DNA of 64,000 bases, taken from assembly GCA_964016885.1 (NCBI GenBank), contig OZ024742.1, positions 151,962,001 to 152,026,000 of the forward strand. Direction: 5' to 3'. The translations under genes were made by a program, and so were the position numbers. Every line of letters starts with the position of its first letter. Within the stretch, counting starts at the first letter, position 1. The notes below the pieces were generated by a model, which was given only the letters and a program-made list of their open reading frames with translations, had not been told where the DNA came from and did no database searches. Shown one piece after another: positions 58,001-64,000 of this stretch. The stretch is from Eledone cirrhosa. Its lineage: Eukaryota.

Positions 58001-58298
58001 GCGTGCTAGCGACGAGAACGGCCTTGGACCAGTTCTTCGACGCAAAGCACGAAGGCTGCGTTGTCAGGTTCAAAATACGTCTCTGGGAAACGAGAGAGCC
58101 AAAGCTGTTAGCTGGGCCCGAGTGACGGAGGCGAAAAGTGGCAACAAGTCCACGATTCCGTTTTTGAAGGACCAATACTTGAGCCGAAGCAGATGTGCGC
58201 GGCCATTCAGCGGCACTTTGCTCAACTGTTCAGGGCGGCGCTCGGAGAGGGGCTATAGATTTCAGTCCATACCTCGACGGCCTGCTGCGACTCTTGGA
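55062..58298 (+). mobile_element. Tx1 copy T7, complete 5' end, 3'-truncated before the RT core
   Basis: 5' UTR like T4; ORF1 from 55273 (CYHCLSSGHLRASC); ORF2 from 57045 breaks off after YLDGL and joins a SINE 3' half. Confidence 0.9.
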
Positions 58299-58301
58299 TC
58301 G

Positions 58302-58402
58302 TGGTCGATAAAATAAAGTACCACTAATGCACTGGGACAGATTCAATCGACATCCTCCTCCCCAAAATGGTTGGCTTTGTGTCTATAGTAGAAATCATTA
58401 TT
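58302..58402 (+). mobile_element. 3' half of the same SINE family
   Basis: GGTCGATAAAATAAAGTACCA.TAATGCACTGGGA...GTAGAAA matches 51025-51090. Confidence 0.7.
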
Positions 58403-58479
58403 AGAAACATTTGATTAGTTTCAAAATAACCTATATGATAGTTGAGGCTAAGTTGGACATTGCCACATTTATATATTTA

Positions 58480-58825
58480 TACAAGTGCAAAATTGATGAT
58501 AGGAGATACGAGGATCTTGGATTGAGCTTTCTCAAAGAATTGACGAGACGGTGCCCTTCTATGTGATCTCTCGATTTGGAGAAGTAGCCGTTCTGCCTGG
58601 GGAGACTCCCTGATCTCCGAGCTACACATTTTATCAAGTAACGTTACTCCAAAGACGCTTGGGAGAAACCCTATTTTGACCACTTGTATTTGCAAGTATT
58701 CTTTCAGTCATTACCCAAGAATGACCATATGTAAAGGTAGAACGAATGCCAAATTGAAGATTGCAAGCTTGGCTTTTACACCAAACTCACTTGTGATAAC
58801 CAAATGATGACGCTGGAGCATTAAT
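58480..58825 (-). mobile_element. Degenerate RTE-clade (Rex3/Expander-like) LINE fragment
   Basis: Minus strand encodes KAKLAIF...TYGH.SWVMTERI..QIQVVKIGFL..VFGVTLLDKMCSSEIRE...LLLQIERS, matching the RTE post-RT region from memory of the family. Confidence 0.65.
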
Positions 58826-59778
58826 GTGGGTTTACTAGCCTTTATACTTATTTATAAAGAAACAAATGAGAGAGAAATCATAGATGCCATTACAAATTAG
58901 AATACATCGAGATTACGAATGAAGACAATCTTCCCAATATTAACTATTTTGCTTATTAAATATTATTCTCCCTGAACAGGTTTATGAGACACTGGATGAA
59001 TTATCAGATAAGATTTATTCCAGTGTGCAGTACACTGTGTGCAAATCCAAAACTCTATTTTTGATTCCATTTAAAAATCCTAATCGAAGTAAGTAATATA
59101 ACTTTTCTACTTTTGTATTTCCGATATATATATATATATATATATATATATCTGTATGTATGTGTAAAGAAAATTGAAATACTTCCAAATAATGCTAAAT
59201 GTGCTGAAATCAAATCTTCACAAATGATATAGACTGATCTGAGATAAACAAAAGACTAATGTCTTTTAAGTGGTAATTGGAAAGAATTGTCTATTTTTCT
59301 TTCCTCTAAATATCAACGGCAGATGATATTCTTAACTTACTATTTTACATTAATAGCATTTTCACTAACATTTAAACGGTAGTCGTCTGTAACAGCTGCC
59401 CAATTCTCTAAGACCACTAGTATTTACTTTTAGCTTACTACGATTCATTTATTTTAAATGCAAAATCGTTTGTATAAATGTTGGTCCTGGATGAAGTGAT
59501 AGGAAATCAACCTGCTAATCGTAAATGTTTAAGGTTCATATCTAAGTTATGCCTGAATGCCTGTCCAAGTTAATTGTAAACGATAATGAAAAGTACAATG
59601 AATTATTCGTGTTCCTATAAATGTTCGTACTTCGTGCGTATGCTTAAAATCAATTGTACACACTATATAATAATTAACGAATCTCATCAAAACGCGCATG
59701 TAATGTTGCCAGTTCCTCTTAATGTTAATCTGATATCGTTAGAGTACTTACCAAATCTTATATTTCTATTTACTAATT

Positions 59779-60399
59779 CTACTAGCCGAATTACCCGCGC
59801 CTTACTGCGTTTCACATTTTTTTTTTGTAAGAAAATGATGATTGATTTTAAATCAGTGATATAATTTATGGAGAAAAACTCTGCATTTCAATATTACTCA
59901 ATGTAAAATGCAATGCATGAAAAATTGGAAAACATTATTTTTTGTAATATATCAAATCAAAATTATATTATTAAATCTTATTCTTATTTTGTTTCTTGTA
60001 AATAATCTTTTTCAAAATATCAATTTAAAATTTGATCATTTCATTTTTGTGTAAAGCATTATTGTATTTGGGCTTCCAAAATGTTCACTATAGGAGGGTT
60101 TAACCCCCATTAGGGTGTCTTAATATTATTGATATTTGCTGAGATTCTGTGAATAGGCATCATATCTTCTCATTTACATATGGTTTAAATTTCATTTAAA
60201 TCGAAAGGAAACAATTTTCAGCGCGGGTTTGTGCCCTCGGGGAACTCTTTGATTAAAATGAAATATACTTATCAAAGTACCCTGGATAGTGCAGTTTCAG
60301 AATATATATGGTTATGGGGGTCTATCTCCAAAACCATAGGAGTAGTTCGTAAACAAGCAAACAAACAAACAGACAGGAACTACAACTTTATATACATAG
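59779..60399 (+). mobile_element. Probable non-autonomous Helentron/DINE-1-like element
   Basis: 5' ACTAGC..ACCCGCGCC..CTGCG start; inverted match GCGCGGGT at 60221; subterminal (CAAA)n-CAGACAG followed by CTTTATATACATAG. Confidence 0.45.
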
Positions 60400-60554
60400 T
60401 TTCAATGAGACCAATAAACTGTTGGCTTACTATGTTTTGTATGCCTAGAAATTATACTTTACAATATTGTACCTACGATCACTATGGCCCTTAATATTGA
60501 TTTCTTAATATTTGAATTTAGGTACAAGGCTAGCAAATGTATGGAAAGGATAAC

Positions 60555-60660
60555 GTTGTTTAAATACTTGATTTGTACTTGATTCTATAGACCTCAGATT
60601 AGTGGTAGACAACGTTGACCTGGGCGGGATTTGAACTCAGAATGTAAAGAGCCATTTAAA
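60555..60660 (-). mobile_element. Degenerate SINE copy, minus strand
   Basis: GTTGACCTGGGCGGGATTTGAACTCAGAATGTAAAGAGCC is the reverse complement of the SINE core. Confidence 0.6.
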
Positions 60661-61467
60661 ATATTTTAAGGTAAAAACGTGTTATTTCTGTATCGCTACT
60701 ATTGCTTATTGCAGCGAATATTTCAACTTGACTTACTTTTTATAAACGTTGTAACTTTACGACTAAATTATGTTGTCAAAAAAACATTATGCTAATGCAA
60801 AACGTGGCACTTAATCTAAGGGTCAGGAAGAGAGAGTTGACAACTTTCCACATATTTAAGTAAGAGACGTTGCATCTAAGGATGTGATTTATTGAGTAAA
60901 TGCATTTATACCAATGTGAAACGCAAAGCATTCGTCAACAATTGAATGTTTGATTGAGCCATTTCTAGTTGAGTGTCAGTATCACATTTTAAAACTCAGT
61001 TAGTTGATGCGTCATTATATTTTTACAGCAAACTATAGAATCTATTCTGTGACCTTCATGTATTTCAAAAGCACATTTTCAATTCATTTGTAAATAAGGG
61101 AAAATAACTATAACTCAACTCGGAACCACCATATATAAAATTCGTCAATAAAGCCATTTAGTCTCTAAACGAATGCACGAAATTCTCCAAGCTTAGCTCT
61201 TTATCTGAGGTATATGTAAGGCAGGTAACATTATACAGAAATATAAATCTATAATCCCTATAATCTAAGTCAATTACCTAATAAAATCTGCTGTTATTTA
61301 TTAATATTTATTACGGAAGCCTTATTACGGCAGAGAAAAGGCGTTGGGGTGGGTGAGATATGTCTTCTCCTGTGAAAATGGGTATAGCTTTCATTATGTA
61401 AAATCTCCCCATTTTGCCTCATTTCTCCCAGTTGTTTTCAAGGTACTCCCTCCCCATTTGGGCTTTC

Positions 61468-61850
61468 AGAGGTTGGCAGTTCTGGAATCATTAAATTATC
61501 GGATACTGCTTAGCAGTAATTGTTACGGCTCTTTACATTCTGAGTTTACATCCCTCTGTGGTCTACGCTATGCCAGTCAAATACTAATGTCGATATAATC
61601 GACTTTCAATTCCTCGCAACATTGCTGGCCTTACGGATTGACAGAATCGTTAGGGAGTTGGACAGATACTTAACAGTATTTATCCCATCTCTTTACGTTC
61701 TAAGTTCAAATACTACCCAGGTTTTCCTTGCATTTCAACCTTCCAAGGTTAATAAATTAAATATCATTCAAGTACTGGGATCGATATAATCGACTTTCCA
61801 TTTTCTCTAAAAACATTACTGGGCTTGTGCTAGAATTAGGAATCATTACG
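61468..61850 (+). mobile_element. Two tandem degenerate SINE copies
   Basis: TTACGGCTCTTTACATTCTGAGTT and CTTTACGTTCTAAGTTCAAAT cores, each followed by TCGATATAATCGACTTTC and GGC(C)TTG. Confidence 0.6.
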
Positions 61851-63682
61851 GAAGACAAAAGGAATAAATGAAGTGACTACAACGGATTTGAATAAGTGAC
61901 CCGCCAGTCGTTAACATCAATGCTTTATCCACTCAGACATTTCGACGCTTAATTATACCATCCTCCTCTGTTTGTCTTCATTGATTTCATGACTAGAACA
62001 CACTTTATATCTAAAAAAAAAAAGAATAAAATCTAGAACAGATAAACAATACTGTTGTAACTGTCTCATTAGGCGACATCTTTAAATGAATTATAATTAC
62101 TAGAATTAACCATATTTTTCCATAATAATATCACAATCAAACTTTTCAAAATATTTTGTAGGAATTATGGAAGATGGTATTTTGGCTACTTTATGAGAGA
62201 ACGTCTCAGACATGAATTTTCACTTTATATTACATTTTTTCCTAAATAATTTTGCCTTTCTTTTGTATAATTTAAATATATGTTTAAATATATAACATTT
62301 TTTCCCTTATCGGTTATAATTATTATCATGATAATGATATTTTACTTAAGTGGCCAATACTATTGAACAAAAGGGTAAGATCTTGCTATACACATTAGAG
62401 AGGATTGTTGTGTTAATGTCTGGACGAAACCGCCTCATTATATATATCACAATTTTGGTCTTTGAAAATGTGGAATGGTCCTTCGTTGGTTTCGACGATG
62501 AGTGTCCTAGCTATTCGATCAACGGAACAGGTTGCTCAGAAGAATAACGTGTAAGTGCTTGAGCATACTACAGACAATTATATCTTTAACTTAATTCTCT
62601 GGGAAATTCAGAGCGACAAGGCTGGTCCGTCGAATTATAGGTATACAGTCCATCTGATCAAACAATATCCATCTATTCAGTTTCACTTACTAGACGTTAG
62701 ATCAACTCGAGGCTATGATAAAATCACTTACCCAAGACGCCACGCATTGGTACAGAACCCGAGCGATAATGATTTCGAAATATTCAACTATATTGCGTCC
62801 TTCATTTGAAAATGTATAAATGTAGCAATATCCCTTTTGTCTCAACTATAATATCGGTTATCTCCAATTTAGTCAATCGACACTAATAATATTATATTGT
62901 CTAAGTAAGGAGCATTTCAAGAGATTGGTGCAGAAATTACACAGAGGTTAAGAAATTCTCTCGTACTAAGTGACTCAAAATCCAATGCTACTGTACGATA
63001 TTGTGGGCATATGTTTTTTTACCATATTGTCGGGTTGACCTGTGATTTGTGAGTGCATTTGGTGCATGAAAATTATACTGAAGAAAGTTGTATACAGACA
63101 CAGACATACATATATATATATGCGTGTGTGTCATTGAATGAGTGTGTACGTGTGTACTTCTATTGGTTCCAGCCATTGGATTTTAGTCATGCTGGGGCAC
63201 CGCTTTGGTAGATCTTAGTCATTATATCGAACACGCTACGTTGTCATGAAAGCATTTTATAGATTTATATCATTTTAAAGAACAATAGCTTATACACACT
63301 GACACACATGCACTCACACAAACACACACACACACACACATATATATTTAAGTACACTGTTATTTAAAACAACTACCTCTGTATATATATATATATATAT
63401 ACATATATGTATATACAATGATATTAAATAAATGGAAACTATATTTATAAAACCATATTTATTTTATTATATATATTTCAAGGGTACCAAGACATTGGTA
63501 CGCTTTCATCAGATAAAATACAAAGTTGTTTTATAAATAGAGACATACCCATGAAAATCATACATTATCGGTTGGATATTCACTGGCTAGTGGAAATATA
63601 TTAGGGATTTTTCAAACTTATGTGTGAATATGCAAATGAATATGTGAATAATTGAAAAACAACCGTTTATTTCAACGACTAT

Positions 63683-63923
63683 GGAGAGAGAGAGAGAGAG
63701 AGAGAGAAGAGATAAGAGGAAAAGAATAAATAGTGCGAGAGAGAGAGAGAGAGAGAAGAAAGAAACAAGAGAAGATGAACAAGAGAAGATGAAAAAAACT
63801 CATATAACGTTAATTTGAGGGAAATATATTCTATGTATATATCTTAATAGTACGTGTATTTACGATTAGTTGTTTAAAATTTGTTTATGATATAATATTT
63901 TTCTTCTGTTATAAGTAGATAGA

Positions 63924-63958
<35 letters not shown>

Positions 63959-64000
63959 AAAAAAAATATATATATATATATATACATACATACATACATA
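63683..64000. repeat. (AG)n, (AAAT)n, (TA)n and (TACA)n microsatellites
   Basis: Direct reading. Confidence 0.9.

Noticed and set aside
62350-62809. Short ORFs of 65 and 84 aa
   Set aside because: No recognisable motifs; within random expectation.

Overview
Eukaryotic, AT-rich, apparently gene-free window made almost entirely of retroelements and microsatellites. The SINE-like repeats and repeat style suggest a cephalopod such as Octopus, which is inference only. 1-15.7 kb: a 3' fragment of a CR1-group LINE, a 5'-truncated Penelope-like element (RT + GIY-YIG), and five direct/inverted copies of a second Penelope-type terminal repeat carrying a type-I hammerhead ribozyme, all embedded in very long interrupted (TA)n tracts. 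There is a 200-N gap at 15279-15478. 17.0-43.5 kb: five Tx1-clade (L1 group) LINEs head-to-tail on the + strand, each separated only by (ATCT)n. 49.2-58.3 kb: two more Tx1 copies in the same arrangement. Two copies keep an open ~1145-aa APE-RT-zinc-finger ORF2. The most unusual signal: in two diverged Tx1 families ORF2 is bracketed by a splice-donor consensus overlapping the ORF1 stop and a splice-acceptor consensus formed by the ORF2 stop. Splicing would delete ORF2 and regenerate the same ORF1 C-terminus and a stop. The remainder contains SINE copies, an RTE fragment, a second hammerhead palindrome and a probable non-autonomous Helentron-like element.
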